Positions 1 through 10,238 are shown, counted from the first letter of the stretch. The stretch: 64,000 nt of DNA from Elusimicrobiota bacterium (GCA_043827405.1 JBDRPD010000050.1:156891-220890), one strand, 5' to 3'. The notes: generated from the sequence alone by a model not told the origin. Made by a program: numbers and translations.

Positions 1-122
1 TTGGGTTTGCAAGACGGATCGGGATTGCGCCCGGAATCGTTGTCGGCAGACTACAGCATGACAAGGTTATTCATCCCAGCCAGCTAAATACCCTAAAAGT
101 CCGACTTAAGTGGGCGGATTAA
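1..122 (+). CDS. C-terminal fragment of a HigA-like/ImmA-IrrE metallopeptidase antitoxin (gene starts before the window)
   Basis: Frame from base 3 reads GFARRIGIAPGIVVGRLQHDKVI...WAD*. The FAxxxGIxPGIVVGRLQH end is typical of HTH+IrrE HigA-family proteins. Confidence 0.65.
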   Translation, partial: GFARRIGIAPGIVVGRLQHDKVIHPSQLNTLKVRLKWAD

Positions 123-231
123 GTGTCTGACGAGGAGCCGTCTGACCAATTACCTGCGACACAGTCCTTTGGACGCCAAGTCGGAGTTGGCACCATTCTA
201 AGGGTAACTAGTGCGCCCCAGGTTTTACATT

Positions 232-1260
232 ATGTTCGATGAACTTCAGCGACGCATAAAGAAGCTCGATCAAGAGAAGATTGCCATCCCGGTTGAACTG
301 GATGCAGAGGGCTTTCTTGATCGAGAGTGCCCCTCAGATCGCTGTCGCTTTCAATTTAAGGTGCTGAATGAGGACTGGAAGAATATCTGCAAGGATGAGG
401 CCATCTATTGTCCTCTTTGTGGTCATGCCGATCCTTCAAATGCCTGGATGACCCAACAACAATTGGACAATGTTCGGAGTCAGGGGACAGCCTACATTTC
501 AGGCGTCATTGGAGATGCACTCAAGACTGACGCGAAGAAGTTTAATAGACGCCAGCCCAAGGGTGGTTTCTTTCGGATGTCACTTCATGCAAAGGGATTT
601 CACACAGGACATATTATTGTTCCCGTCCCTGCTGGCGAGACGTTTGTTTTAAAGATCGCTTGTGAAAAATGCACTTGTCGCTTCGGGGTGGTCGGGAGTG
701 CGTTTTTCTGTCCAGCTTGTGGGTACACGTCGGTTGAGCGCCTTTTTGATGACGCAATCGGCAAGGTGTACACGAAGCTCGATGCCATCCCGCGCATTCG
801 AGAGATGTTGGAGCAAGATGTGGGTCGTGATCAAGCCGAGGTGACTTGTCGTTCTATTATTGAATCCTGCCTGTCCGATTGTGTCGGAGCGTTCCAGAGG
901 CTCGCCGAGACCATTTTCGATCGACGTGACAGTGCGGAGAAGCCTCGACGAAATGCCTTTCAGAACCTCACCGAGGGCAGTAACTTATGGAAGGCGGAAT
1001 TTGGATGCGGCTACGATCGGTGGCTAACATCCGATGATTTGGCGGAACTCAATCGATTCTTTCAACAACGGCACCTGCTGGCTCATCGAGAGGGGTTGGT
1101 CGATGAGGACTATGTTGCGAAGTCTGGAGATGATTCCTATACAGCCGGACAGCGGTTGGTTATTAAGGCCGCCGATGTGAGACGCTTGGCAGAACTGGTT
1201 GCAAAGCTCGGGAATGGTCTGAAAACCTCGCCTGATCAGTCCGCTACCGAGGAGACTTAG
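232..1260 (+). CDS. Zn-finger + HEPN-like protein
   Basis: Four Cys pairs (CPSDRC, CPLC, CEKC, CPAC) and a C-terminal RHLLAH (Rx4H) motif. ATG 232 preferred over GTG 211. Confidence 0.7.
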   Translation: MFDELQRRIKKLDQEKIAIPVELDAEGFLDRECPSDRCRFQFKVLNEDWKNICKDEAIYCPLCGHADPSNAWMTQQQLDNVRSQGTAYISGVIGDALKTDAKKFNRRQPKGGFFRMSLHAKGFHTGHIIVPVPAGETFVLKIACEKCTCRFGVVGSAFFCPACGYTSVERLFDDAIGKVYTKLDAIPRIREMLEQDVGRDQAEVTCRSIIESCLSDCVGAFQRLAETIFDRRDSAEKPRRNAFQNLTEGSNLWKAEFGCGYDRWLTSDDLAELNRFFQQRHLLAHREGLVDEDYVAKSGDDSYTAGQRLVIKAADVRRLAELVAKLGNGLKTSPDQSATEET

Positions 1261-1443
1261 CCGCCACCCGCTTCCCTTCAATTCGGTCCGCTCCTTTTTG
1301 TTTGCACCAATCTAGCCAGCACCTGCTGATCTGCCGGGTCCAGTGCATCATGGCCTGGATCGGGCAATGATGATTGTTAAGGCCAAAACAGCCCATCCCT
1401 GTCACCCCGGACAAAGGGGGATGGACGGTCATCAGCGCGTGGG

Positions 1444-2136
1444 TTACGGTGCCTTTGGGTGACTCAGAACAAACCCCGCCTCGGCTACATAACGGTTGTG
1501 GAGCCACGCGAACAGGTCGAGAAGGGGCGGAGTGTGGCGGAGACACTTCCAGGACATTTGGTGGCCGATAGCCCACTTGTTGCCCCCATGGAGGCATTTA
1601 TTCCGGGCGGTGTTGGCCTTCAAGTAGAAGTCCAGAGCCTCCTGGATTGTTGGGTTGGGCTTCCGATCCACTTCGGCACCCGCCTCCGCAATGGCGTCCT
1701 TCCATGTCTTGCCCGCCAGGGCCGGAAACAGCTTTTCCACGCGCCGCCGGGGGAATAGGTTGTCCTTGAGGAGGCGTTCCTGAACGTTAGCCTTGAGGCC
1801 CTCCTTGAACATGAACTCACGGAGGAAGTCTTCAAGGAGCACCTCTAAAAGAGTACAGAAGAAGATGACGACCGCTAGGTGATGCCCCTTGACCGCCAAG
1901 TGGTCGTCGGTCTGGGACGAATCGGCATGATAGAACTCCTGGATGAGGTTGATCGTGCTGAGGATGCCGACATGGAAGAACATGCGCCCGCCGTCACTGG
2001 GCTTTTTGCAGTTCGGGCAGGGGAACCCGATCAGCGTCCAGTCTCCCTCGCGGCCAACATAACCACATGATTGGCACTCGTTGTGGCCAGCGATGACGGA
2101 GCTTAAGTGCTGGCCCTTTATCTTCGTGATGTCCAT
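1444..2136 (-). CDS. Zn-ribbon + HEPN-like protein
   Basis: CQSC...CPNC ribbon, helical body, RNKCLH motif. Confidence 0.65.
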   Translation of the reverse strand: MDITKIKGQHLSSVIAGHNECQSCGYVGREGDWTLIGFPCPNCKKPSDGGRMFFHVGILSTINLIQEFYHADSSQTDDHLAVKGHHLAVVIFFCTLLEVLLEDFLREFMFKEGLKANVQERLLKDNLFPRRRVEKLFPALAGKTWKDAIAEAGAEVDRKPNPTIQEALDFYLKANTARNKCLHGGNKWAIGHQMSWKCLRHTPPLLDLFAWLHNRYVAEAGFVLSHPKAP

Positions 2137-2138
2137 CG

Positions 2139-2867
2139 CTATGCCCGATCAAGCGCTGAGGACATCTCCAGGAGTCGCATCAAGAGACTCGCTAGGCAAA
2201 GGTATTCGACCGCCTTGGCCGGGTCCTTCTGGACAATGTTCTCATGAGCTTTTCGGTTTCTAATGCCCACAATCCCCTTGAATAAGAAATAGATACCTCG
2301 ATGCTCATTGATTTCTTCTCCCGTGTCGAGGGGATTAAATCTAATGGGGGGAGTCCTTTTGTCGCAACCCATCGCATGATCAATCATGCTGGCCCCGCCG
2401 TCGCGGAGCGGCTCCCCCTTCGTCTCCAGAATGGCTTTGACTTCCGCGATCACGCGCTTGAGCGCCTCCTCAATCGCCTGGGCATAATGTCCATCCAGGA
2501 GTAGGTTCCCCGAGACCGCATCGATGGCGGGGTGGAGCGAATACCCCTGGAGTGGATTCGGGTTGATTAGGCCACTCGTAGCGGGTTCCGCTGACTCGTG
2601 TTCTTCAATAATGGCCGCCAGCGCCGTCCGCTTGGATTCAAGCTCTTTGAGAAAGAGTCGGTAATGCTCCGCATCGGTGCGCGCCCATTGCCCAGGTCCT
2701 GAGCCCTGGAATACAGAAACAACACTGCCGTCGAATGTCCCGATGAGGAGCTTGGTGACAGTTGACAACCAGAGCATATATTCAGGATGAAAGGCCGGAG
2801 GGTGCTTCAGCTTCTCAACCCCAGCGAGCTTTGTCTTCAGTAGCCTGATGCACTCATTGATTTCCAT
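2139..2867 (-). CDS. TIGR02391/Ymh-family HEPN-like protein
   Basis: LHPAI...GHYAQAIEEA...LFKGIVGIRNRKAH...AVEYLCLASLLMRLL signature. Confidence 0.8.
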   Translation of the reverse strand: MEINECIRLLKTKLAGVEKLKHPPAFHPEYMLWLSTVTKLLIGTFDGSVVSVFQGSGPGQWARTDAEHYRLFLKELESKRTALAAIIEEHESAEPATSGLINPNPLQGYSLHPAIDAVSGNLLLDGHYAQAIEEALKRVIAEVKAILETKGEPLRDGGASMIDHAMGCDKRTPPIRFNPLDTGEEINEHRGIYFLFKGIVGIRNRKAHENIVQKDPAKAVEYLCLASLLMRLLEMSSALDRA

Positions 2868-2881
2868 AATGCCTCTTGCCC

Positions 2882-3649
2882 TTACTGGATGTCTTTAATC
2901 CGACGCCAGTGGAAACCCCGCGCCTCGACGAACCTCTCGATCAGGTTGTAGATGGCCATGTTCACCACTCGGGTGAGGTCGGAGAGCTTGTCGGCGATCT
3001 CCTCCTTGGTGCCCAGTTCGGTCAGGGTCTCGAAGCACCCCTGGACAGCGGCATCGGCGAAGAAGAACCGCGTGTCCTGCATCGCCTTGCCCCTCGAAAT
3101 AAATGCATCGTCCCTGCCGGGCACTGAGGCATCCTCAAAGAAGCGTCGATAGCCCCTGTTGATGTATTTGAGGTCGCTGTAGTGGTTCGAGACCTTGTTG
3201 CGGACCCGCAGGAGGGCCTGCATTAGCGGTGACTTGGGGCCGCTTGCCTTGCTGTTGGAGAAGTCAACGAGCGCGTTCCAATGCTCGCGGTTGTCCTTCT
3301 TCATCAATCTGACGGCTTCCTTGAAGACAGAGTGATCTTGGACCTTTGGGTGCTTCGCGATCAGTTCAGCAATCTCCGAGAAGCAGGAATACAGGAGCTT
3401 TACCACATGGAAGTGCTTCCCTCCAATATCTCCCGACCTCGATGTTGGACCAACAGGAACGTGATCCCGGCAGGTCTTCAACATGGCGTAAGCCCAGAGA
3501 CGGTCAGATAGATCGTTGAAGGCTATCGCCAAGGCCAAGACGAAGGTGCAGGCGTCCTGCTCGTCCGGGTCCTCGGACTTGAAGGCTTCGGGGTCGAAGG
3601 TCTCCAGGGGGGCTAGGTCGCAGAGGCCGTCAATATCCATAACGTCCAC
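2882..3649 (-). CDS. HEPN-like protein (AbiU2/Cthe_2314-like)
   Basis: All-helical protein with RNKVSNHY (Rx5H) motif. Confidence 0.6.
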   Translation of the reverse strand: MDVMDIDGLCDLAPLETFDPEAFKSEDPDEQDACTFVLALAIAFNDLSDRLWAYAMLKTCRDHVPVGPTSRSGDIGGKHFHVVKLLYSCFSEIAELIAKHPKVQDHSVFKEAVRLMKKDNREHWNALVDFSNSKASGPKSPLMQALLRVRNKVSNHYSDLKYINRGYRRFFEDASVPGRDDAFISRGKAMQDTRFFFADAAVQGCFETLTELGTKEEIADKLSDLTRVVNMAIYNLIERFVEARGFHWRRIKDIQ

Positions 3650-3725
3650 ATTGTAGCCCTCCTCGGCGGCCTTTACTACAGGGCTTAGCCTGATTGCCCG
3701 CCGTGAGATGTGTTTCTGGCGAGCA

Positions 3726-4559
3726 TTAGGGCCTCTCAGATGATGGTAGAAGTTCCCTACCGATCAGGCATCTTCGGCATTGCAGTCTTAGTGGGGGGGG
3801 GTGAAACGCTGGTTCCTGGAAGGGGTTGGTCGGATGGTAAAAAAGGTCTAGTCCGGGAGGACAACGCCCCGTGCTCATATAGGCTCTTACAAATCGCCCT
3901 CGTTGATTCAGGGAGGTCACCCAAACTTTGCGACCACGGCGGTTAAGATAGTAGCGGCCACCACCATCTGGCGCAGAGATTTCAATGGAGACCTTATTGG
4001 TGGGCGAAGAAAGCTCTCCTTCTAGGATAGCTGTGAACTCGCCCCGTTCATCCGTTGTCTGCGAGACGAAACAAGCATCCTGCTTCTTTTCATTGGTTTC
4101 ATGGCAAGGGTAGGTGTGAATAGAGACTCGGGTATTGCTTCTTCCTGCGTGTCCGCGTTGGGACCAGTTCTGGTAATCGTCTTTGTGTGGCCAACAGGAT
4201 GTAATCCCAGTGAATCGAAATCGAGTGTCAATGTGGGTCCGAAATGGGGCCGTAAGCAAATCATATGGGACCGTAAGAACAGGGCCGATTACTCTTGCGA
4301 GATAGGATACGGGCACGATTACGAAAACCCATCCTCCAGCATAAGCCAAACCTTCGCCATGGAGTTTCGTCGCCTTGTAGAGCTTCTTGGTGGCGCCAAA
4401 GTTTAAGCGGTTGATCCGCCGCTTGGATTTGATTACCTCGACAAAAGGTTGTTCGGGATAAGATCGTAGCTTGATAGCGCTTGCAGGCGTTGTGGCGGCA
4501 ATAAGCATGAGAGATGCCGCAAGGAGAAGGTGTGGCTTGGATGAGCGTGTGGCCTGCAT
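3726..4559 (-). CDS. Hypothetical exported/membrane protein
   Basis: Signal-like LLLAASLMLIAATTPASA plus an internal hydrophobic stretch. Start uncertain (ORF open to 4667). Confidence 0.5.
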   Translation of the reverse strand: MQATRSSKPHLLLAASLMLIAATTPASAIKLRSYPEQPFVEVIKSKRRINRLNFGATKKLYKATKLHGEGLAYAGGWVFVIVPVSYLARVIGPVLTVPYDLLTAPFRTHIDTRFRFTGITSCWPHKDDYQNWSQRGHAGRSNTRVSIHTYPCHETNEKKQDACFVSQTTDERGEFTAILEGELSSPTNKVSIEISAPDGGGRYYLNRRGRKVWVTSLNQRGRFVRAYMSTGRCPPGLDLFYHPTNPFQEPAFHPPPLRLQCRRCLIGRELLPSSERP

Positions 4560-4774
4560 CAAAGGAAGCGTATCAATTATTATGCCAGGAGACTCGGTGA
4601 CGCCTTGAGAATGGCCAGCCTCGGACTTTTCTGGGACTTTCGCGCAACTTAGGGCAACTTCAGGCAAGCTAGAGCAACGTTGGCGGGCTACTTCTCCGAC
4701 GGGGAATCATTCTCTCGACGTGGGCGGGGTGGGTGCCTCTCGCTTTTCAGGGTTGTTCAGCCTATACGTGCGCC

Positions 4775-6220
4775 TTAGTCTGCCTGTTTGTCTCGCTCAT
4801 CACACTCCCAAGAGGATTTCGTGCTTCTCCAAATATCCTTTCCTCTTGTCCAGTTGGGGTATCGGTAAGCATAGAGTGCTCCATTATTCTCGTTCCAGAT
4901 AAAGACATCCTGGCCATCCGAGAGCACGGGCTGGGCAGGAAGGTCCGGCCTTACGAACTGACCTGACTTGATGTCGATGTAGTGGAATGTCCCCGATCTT
5001 GCATCCTCAGGGAAGAACATCGCGTCGGCTGATGGCAGGATTCCCATAATGCGCCGCGCTTTGCCTGAATACCCCACGAAGACTAGAGTGCCGTCGTTGT
5101 CTGTGCGGTGAAGGGCAGGATTGGCCGCGATAGGCAAGGCTGTTCCCTTCTCTGGATGTATGGCAACATAGCGGTCCCTTCTGGGGTATCTCGCGGGGGC
5201 GATGTCTTCAACCGGAAATCGGCTTTGGCCAATGATGAGTGCGTCCGGAGTGACAAGAATATCGCCGACCTCCGAAGCTCTATACCGTATCTTGGCAGGG
5301 GTCCAGGGAATATAGGGAACGAGGTTGAAGGTCCACTCTGTTTCCCCTGAAACGGCGTTGACCGCCGTCACTGTATTCGTTGAAACCAGATACGCCAGCG
5401 TCCCATCATTATTGGCGGCCACATGGCTCTGGCTAAATTCTCGCTCCAGCTTGCCATTGCGGTCCAACATGTAGACTTCCCCATCTTGCCTAAAAAAGAG
5501 AAATTGCCCGATTTCTTCGGGATACTGAATTGGTCCTTTGCCCCACTCATTCGCATAGGACCACTTGGTATCTCCAGTCCTGGCGTCAATAAATGAAATC
5601 TTCCGCTCGTCAACGCTGTAAATCCCATGTTTGCCAGCGACCGCTCTGGAGTAAGAGAAGGTCGCCCTTGCGAGGATATGCAAGGTGCTCGTAGAAAGAA
5701 AGGTCCACTTAGTCTGCGCCTCCTCCTCGGTGACAGAGGGGCATAATCCTCGGCACTCTGCTCGTTCTATTGGTTGCGCGACGACATAATCGTCACCGGA
5801 GTGTATGTCCTGGTTATATCCCGACCACTCAAAGTCCCAAGACCACTTAACTGGAGTTGACCACAGCATGTCTCTATGCGGATTGAATCCAACAGCCCGA
5901 AGCTCCTCGTCGCCGTGTCGCAACGATGATCGGTGGAGCAGGAACGCAATAGCGAGGTCTGGATGTTTGACGACCAAATCGCTTTGCTCATCTGCCTGCA
6001 TGTGAGTTTCGATGACGCGCCGACATTGCCCGGTCTCACGGTCCAGCATGGTGAGTTTTGTGCCATGTAGCACAATCAGGAAGTCTTTTGAGACAGCCCA
6101 ACGGAATGACCCATATTCGGTCCAGCCATGCTGGACGGTGCAAAGGCAGACCAGAATCCCGACAACAAGAGCCGGAATTATCCGCCGTCGGCCACCGACC
6201 GATGTCAACGTTTGTTTCAT
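4775..6220 (-). CDS. Exported PQQ-like beta-propeller protein
   Basis: N-terminal signal/TM segment. Repeats DRETG, DARTGDTKW, NAVSGETEW. Confidence 0.7.
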   Translation of the reverse strand: MKQTLTSVGGRRRIIPALVVGILVCLCTVQHGWTEYGSFRWAVSKDFLIVLHGTKLTMLDRETGQCRRVIETHMQADEQSDLVVKHPDLAIAFLLHRSSLRHGDEELRAVGFNPHRDMLWSTPVKWSWDFEWSGYNQDIHSGDDYVVAQPIERAECRGLCPSVTEEEAQTKWTFLSTSTLHILARATFSYSRAVAGKHGIYSVDERKISFIDARTGDTKWSYANEWGKGPIQYPEEIGQFLFFRQDGEVYMLDRNGKLEREFSQSHVAANNDGTLAYLVSTNTVTAVNAVSGETEWTFNLVPYIPWTPAKIRYRASEVGDILVTPDALIIGQSRFPVEDIAPARYPRRDRYVAIHPEKGTALPIAANPALHRTDNDGTLVFVGYSGKARRIMGILPSADAMFFPEDARSGTFHYIDIKSGQFVRPDLPAQPVLSDGQDVFIWNENNGALYAYRYPNWTRGKDIWRSTKSSWECDERDKQAD

Positions 6221-6222
6221 TA

Positions 6223-7077
6223 CTACTCCCCCATCAGCATGTGCTCAATCAGAAACTTCGCATCGTCGTAGACCTTTGGCGCATATCTGTATTGCTCGGA
6301 TGGCGTTGGTCGCACATCAGGGGCGGGGACAACTGACTTGGCCCGTAAATCAGCATGAAATGCGTATGCGCGGGCATAGGCCCTCCCGGTCAGGTCGCTT
6401 CCATGATGGGCGACCTCAACGTGATAGGTCGCTCCATCTTCATATTCCGCCGTCCACTCCAGTCGGTCGGGGAACCCTTTGCTACGAAATGCTTTGACAG
6501 CACCGCCGAGTAATTCTTCGACGGTTCTCTTTCCTCGCGGTGGTTTATATGCCTTCACCAACTCGATGGCTTCTTCCTCGCGGCCCTTCAACTTGCGCTC
6601 GCTAATCTTAGAAGCTGTAATGGGTGCCGATTGATTTTGCCTATGCGCTTTGGGATGTAAGGCAGGAGGGGGCGGAGAACCAGTGGACTCCAACTTCGGG
6701 ATGGTCAACAGAACTGCGACAAGACACATGACGATTACCACCCCAAGCAAGAAAATCTTGACCTTCTCGCCCTTGCTCAACGGTTTCAGTTCCAGACCGA
6801 TCCTCTCGGCTACCCACCCCCACAAATCTCCCCAAATTCCGCCCTGGTCAGTCTCGACCAATTTTAGCTTGCATTTCCGACAACGGCCCTGCCCATCTTC
6901 CAACTCCTCGACCTTTCCGCCGCACTCTGGACAATGCCCGGAATTATTATCCTGCATGGCCCCGATATTGGACTTGGATTCCCGATTTTTGCGGCCACGA
7001 GATAAAAGGTGCGTCCCGCACTGGCGGCAAAACTTGTCGTCATCGAGGACTTCACCCCCGCATTTTGGGCAATTCAA
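6223..7077 (-). CDS. Double zinc-ribbon membrane protein
   Basis: CPKCG...FCRQCG and CPECG...CRKC motifs, followed by one TM helix. Confidence 0.7.
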   Translation of the reverse strand: MNCPKCGGEVLDDDKFCRQCGTHLLSRGRKNRESKSNIGAMQDNNSGHCPECGGKVEELEDGQGRCRKCKLKLVETDQGGIWGDLWGWVAERIGLELKPLSKGEKVKIFLLGVVIVMCLVAVLLTIPKLESTGSPPPPALHPKAHRQNQSAPITASKISERKLKGREEEAIELVKAYKPPRGKRTVEELLGGAVKAFRSKGFPDRLEWTAEYEDGATYHVEVAHHGSDLTGRAYARAYAFHADLRAKSVVPAPDVRPTPSEQYRYAPKVYDDAKFLIEHMLMGE

Positions 7078-7159
7078 TTCCTATCCTCCTGCGACGCACT
7101 TCTATCCGAGGAACGAGAAGGGGCGTCCGTCTCGCTTGTCGGGGTTATTCGATCCTCTA

Positions 7160-7663
7160 TCAGCGACGCTTGCCCCGCCGCTTTTTCTTCTTTGCCGCCC
7201 GGCCCACAGGGGAGCCGTTCGCCGTGCCGATCACCTGAAGGCGCTCTCTGGCTTCGCGCTTTCCGAGCTTGCGGATCGCAACCAAAGCGGCGCGGGCCGC
7301 TTCTCGGGGCTTGGCCTTGCCGCCTTCCCAAACAAGGACCGATTGTCCGCTAACCCGTAGGAGCTTCCCGAAGTTCTCCCGTGACAGTCCGAGCCGCTTT
7401 CGCTGGGCCCTAATCACCCGGGGACTGATCCTCGCGTGCTTCATCTCATCTTCGGTCGCCTTGGGCGGGGCCTTGAGCTTCTCATTGAGGTCGGTCATCA
7501 GCCTCTGATTATCATGTCGAAGCTGTGCGATCTGGCGTCGATGCGCGGCGGCCTGGTGTTTAAGCCACGCCACGTCTTTCTTGAGCGCGGCATTGATCGG
7601 GTGTATTGCTCGACGAGCTAGGCGGGTGATCTCGGACTTTAGGATTGTGCTCAGATCAGGCAT
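7160..7663 (-). CDS. Coiled-coil + XRE-type HTH regulator
   Basis: LKSEITRLAR N-terminus and RKRLGLSRENFGKLLRVSGQSVLVWEGG HTH. GGAG RBS upstream. Confidence 0.8.
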   Translation of the reverse strand: MPDLSTILKSEITRLARRAIHPINAALKKDVAWLKHQAAAHRRQIAQLRHDNQRLMTDLNEKLKAPPKATEDEMKHARISPRVIRAQRKRLGLSRENFGKLLRVSGQSVLVWEGGKAKPREAARAALVAIRKLGKREARERLQVIGTANGSPVGRAAKKKKRRGKRR

Positions 7664-7763
7664 GGTCTCCTCCAGAGAGTCTGCATCGGAAAGATTCTAT
7701 AATTTGCGAGTCCCCGCATTTCGCAAGCACGATATAAACGGGAACTCTTTTTAATTCGGAGGG

Positions 7764-8255
7764 TTGGCAGTGCGAGCACTACGTTTGAGGCCGAGATTGG
7801 TTCCGGAACCTCTATGGGGGAAGGGCCTCCGAAAACATCTTGGAGAGTACCGCTGGTCGTCAAAAGTGTCGAAGCCCATCCGCGAAGCCGCCAAGTGGCG
7901 GTGTGAAATCTGTCGCAGTTCAGGCAACGACAGTCCCCTAAACTGGAAGGTGTGTTGCGACGAAGACTGGAAATACAACGACAAGGCCCATACTGCGAAA
8001 TTGGTCGGCCTCCAGTGCGTATGCTGGAAGTGCAGTGGTGTCATCCACTTTGGGCGAACCGCTTGCTGGTCCACCCCAGAGCAACTAGCCGAACTTAAAG
8101 CTCACGCCCTAAAGATCAATAAGATAACCGAGGACGCCTGGACGCGAATACTCGCCAAAGAACTGGCCGCATGGGAAAAGCGCTCGAAGTATAAGAAGTG
8201 GATAATCTCCTGGGAGGGCTGGGAGAAAATACTTCGGAAAAAGATTGGTCTGTGA
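7764..8255 (+). CDS. HNH-like nuclease-family protein
   Basis: LVPEPLW...CEIC...LQCVCWKCSGVIHFG pattern. The expected first His appears replaced (CCDEDW). Confidence 0.6.
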   Translation: MAVRALRLRPRLVPEPLWGKGLRKHLGEYRWSSKVSKPIREAAKWRCEICRSSGNDSPLNWKVCCDEDWKYNDKAHTAKLVGLQCVCWKCSGVIHFGRTACWSTPEQLAELKAHALKINKITEDAWTRILAKELAAWEKRSKYKKWIISWEGWEKILRKKIGL

Positions 8256-8258
8256 TGT

Positions 8259-8906
8259 CTATGGCTGGCCCACAAAAACAGTCGCCATCCCTCGGAACAT
8301 CTGCCCCACCTGTCTCGCGGAATATTCTTTCTTGACTTCGTCAATCCATTCATGCAAAACGCCGGATGGCATCATCGCCTTGCGAAAGTCATGCTGAGAA
8401 AATTGTCCCATCAAGCCCTCCCAGGACGTAAAGTCCGGCTTGAACGGTTTCGAGTAGACGGCGATGCTTCGACGATCACATTCAACGCGGTGATACCCCC
8501 GGAGGCCCTTTGGCAAGACAGAAACAGGCAGGAAGTGTGTGCCTCCCAAAAGATGCGGACAGGCTCCGCCAAGCGCCCTGAGCGTATTGAACAATGGGAA
8601 CACATAGTGCACGGCATGGGGGTGGAGGTTGCTCAAGCGTCGGAGGGCTCGATATTGATGGCCGCCTATTCGGAATCGGTAAGGGAATGTATCACGCGGC
8701 GTGGGGCTTGGAGACTTAAACTGAAGCATCATGTGAAATCCCGGCGCATTCCTGACGAGTCCGTCTAGTCCATTACGAAACTCCTGATCCTGCTTCATGC
8801 CGATCCAGGTCGCGTGGTGACAGCCGGGCCATCCTCGTATCTGGCCCAATAATTCCGCACAGATGTTGATCTCCAGAGTTTTTTCAGAGACTTCTTTTCT
8901 CGCCAT
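8259..8906 (-). CDS. PD-(D/E)XK restriction-fold nuclease-like protein
   Basis: SEKTLE...E..NGLD...LQFK motif spacing. Confidence 0.55.
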   Translation of the reverse strand: MARKEVSEKTLEINICAELLGQIRGWPGCHHATWIGMKQDQEFRNGLDGLVRNAPGFHMMLQFKSPSPTPRDTFPYRFRIGGHQYRALRRLSNLHPHAVHYVFPLFNTLRALGGACPHLLGGTHFLPVSVLPKGLRGYHRVECDRRSIAVYSKPFKPDFTSWEGLMGQFSQHDFRKAMMPSGVLHEWIDEVKKEYSARQVGQMFRGMATVFVGQP

Positions 8907-8929
8907 TATCCTAAATCCTCAATCCTAGA

Positions 8930-9048
8930 TCGCCCAGCCCATGACGACCTGGGCGGTCGGCGGGGACGAGGACACGGCGCCAGATTGGGGGCGCGACACC
9001 GTCGAGCGTGATCTTGATCTGATAGACCTTCTCGCTGGGCTTCGCCAT
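8930..9048 (-). pseudogene. Truncated pRiA4b ORF-3 family gene
   Basis: MAKPSEKVYQIKITLDGVAPPIWRRVLVPAD. The conserved QVVMGW follows in another frame after an internal deletion and the rest is missing. Confidence 0.75.
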
Positions 9049-9508
9049 GTGACACCTCGGGAAAGTGCGACGATAGCCCACTATAGCAGACACGCAAGCT
9101 TGTGGCCAAATGGCGGCCAAACCATGTCACAAAGCAGGGAAAACGCGGGAACTGGCGGGAGAGAGCGGGGTCGTGGTCTACACGGATTCCCCGTCGGAGA
9201 GCACTCCCCCGCGACGGAAAATACGGACACGCATGGAACCGTCTGGCCGGATTATAAGGGAGGCGGTCTGCCTCTGAGCCGGATGCCCGTCGCACCTGCA
9301 ATCTTACGCTTTTCATGGCGGGATGAGAGTCCAAATGGCCTCGGTGCCACCCCTGATGCGATCGACACCAACTCACGCCTTGTTTTGTTTTGATTTGCGC
9401 ACTATACTTCTCCCGAGATTGACACTCCGACATCGAAATGTTAGAAAGCAATTACTTCCAACGGGATGGGGATTCTTTAGGCTGTCGATCCCCACGAAGG
9501 ATATTATT

Positions 9509-10225
9509 ATGAAGTTTGAAGACCTTGAGATTGCAGTCCTAAAAGGTGGTATTTTTCTTCCAATTCATCGCCTCCAAAAACAGTACCTCGCCCTCAAGAA
9601 AGCTGATGTCTTGGATACCATTGCAGAGAGCATTAAGGAGGAGCCATTCGGGCCTTTCTCCTTTACACCTTTGATAGTTGAGGACGACGGCGAAGAACAG
9701 GTCCAAATCAAGGCCACCGGAGAGTTGGACATTCAGTTCACGCTCCATTCGGCGGGAATTTCTTTTTCGGCCCAACGTATTTCTTGGTCAGAGAAAGAAA
9801 AATTTCTCCCAACAATTCCCGTTGCTTACTCAAATTTGAAGGAGAGCCTTTCAGCAGGTGTCTGGACCCGAATGGGCCTTGAACTCGTCTGCCTCCTGCC
9901 CAAATCAAAAACCAACGCTTTGAAGGTCCTGGAAGACAAGATCTCCCCGATTTCACGAAAAGAACCGCGCGGACTTATCACTCCCCAAGCGAAGTTTCTC
10001 GATATTGATTTGAAGTTTCTGGTCAAGGATGGTGACTACACGAGTAAGCTTCGAGTCACCACTTACGAAATCGATGACACATCTCGCATTGTCGTCATTA
10101 TGGATGTTCAGGCTGAGCCATCGAAAAATCCCCAAGAAACTGATCTAGGCTCTGTCCAGAAGCAGATTTGGGGCAAAATTCAGTCAACATTGACGGAGTT
10201 CGCTCCGCCGCTTTGCGTGGATTAA
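9509..10225 (+). CDS. Hypothetical protein (possibly TIGR04255-like fold)
   Basis: AAGGA RBS. RMGLELV and C-terminal VIMDVQ strands are reminiscent of that family. Confidence 0.5.
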   Translation: MKFEDLEIAVLKGGIFLPIHRLQKQYLALKKADVLDTIAESIKEEPFGPFSFTPLIVEDDGEEQVQIKATGELDIQFTLHSAGISFSAQRISWSEKEKFLPTIPVAYSNLKESLSAGVWTRMGLELVCLLPKSKTNALKVLEDKISPISRKEPRGLITPQAKFLDIDLKFLVKDGDYTSKLRVTTYEIDDTSRIVVIMDVQAEPSKNPQETDLGSVQKQIWGKIQSTLTEFAPPLCVD

Positions 10226-10238
10226 GGCGAGGAAGCCC

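Noticed and set aside
1262..1443. Possible gene remnant (GCFGLNNHHCPIQAMMHW) between converging HEPN genes
   Set aside because: No recognisable family, and the ORF overlaps both neighbours
9102..9170. GGCCAAA tandem repeat and TGGCGGGAGAGAGCGGGG resembling a reversed tRNA-Ser 3' end (possible att scar)
   Set aside because: Too short and lacks the TTCGA T-loop, so it cannot be supported
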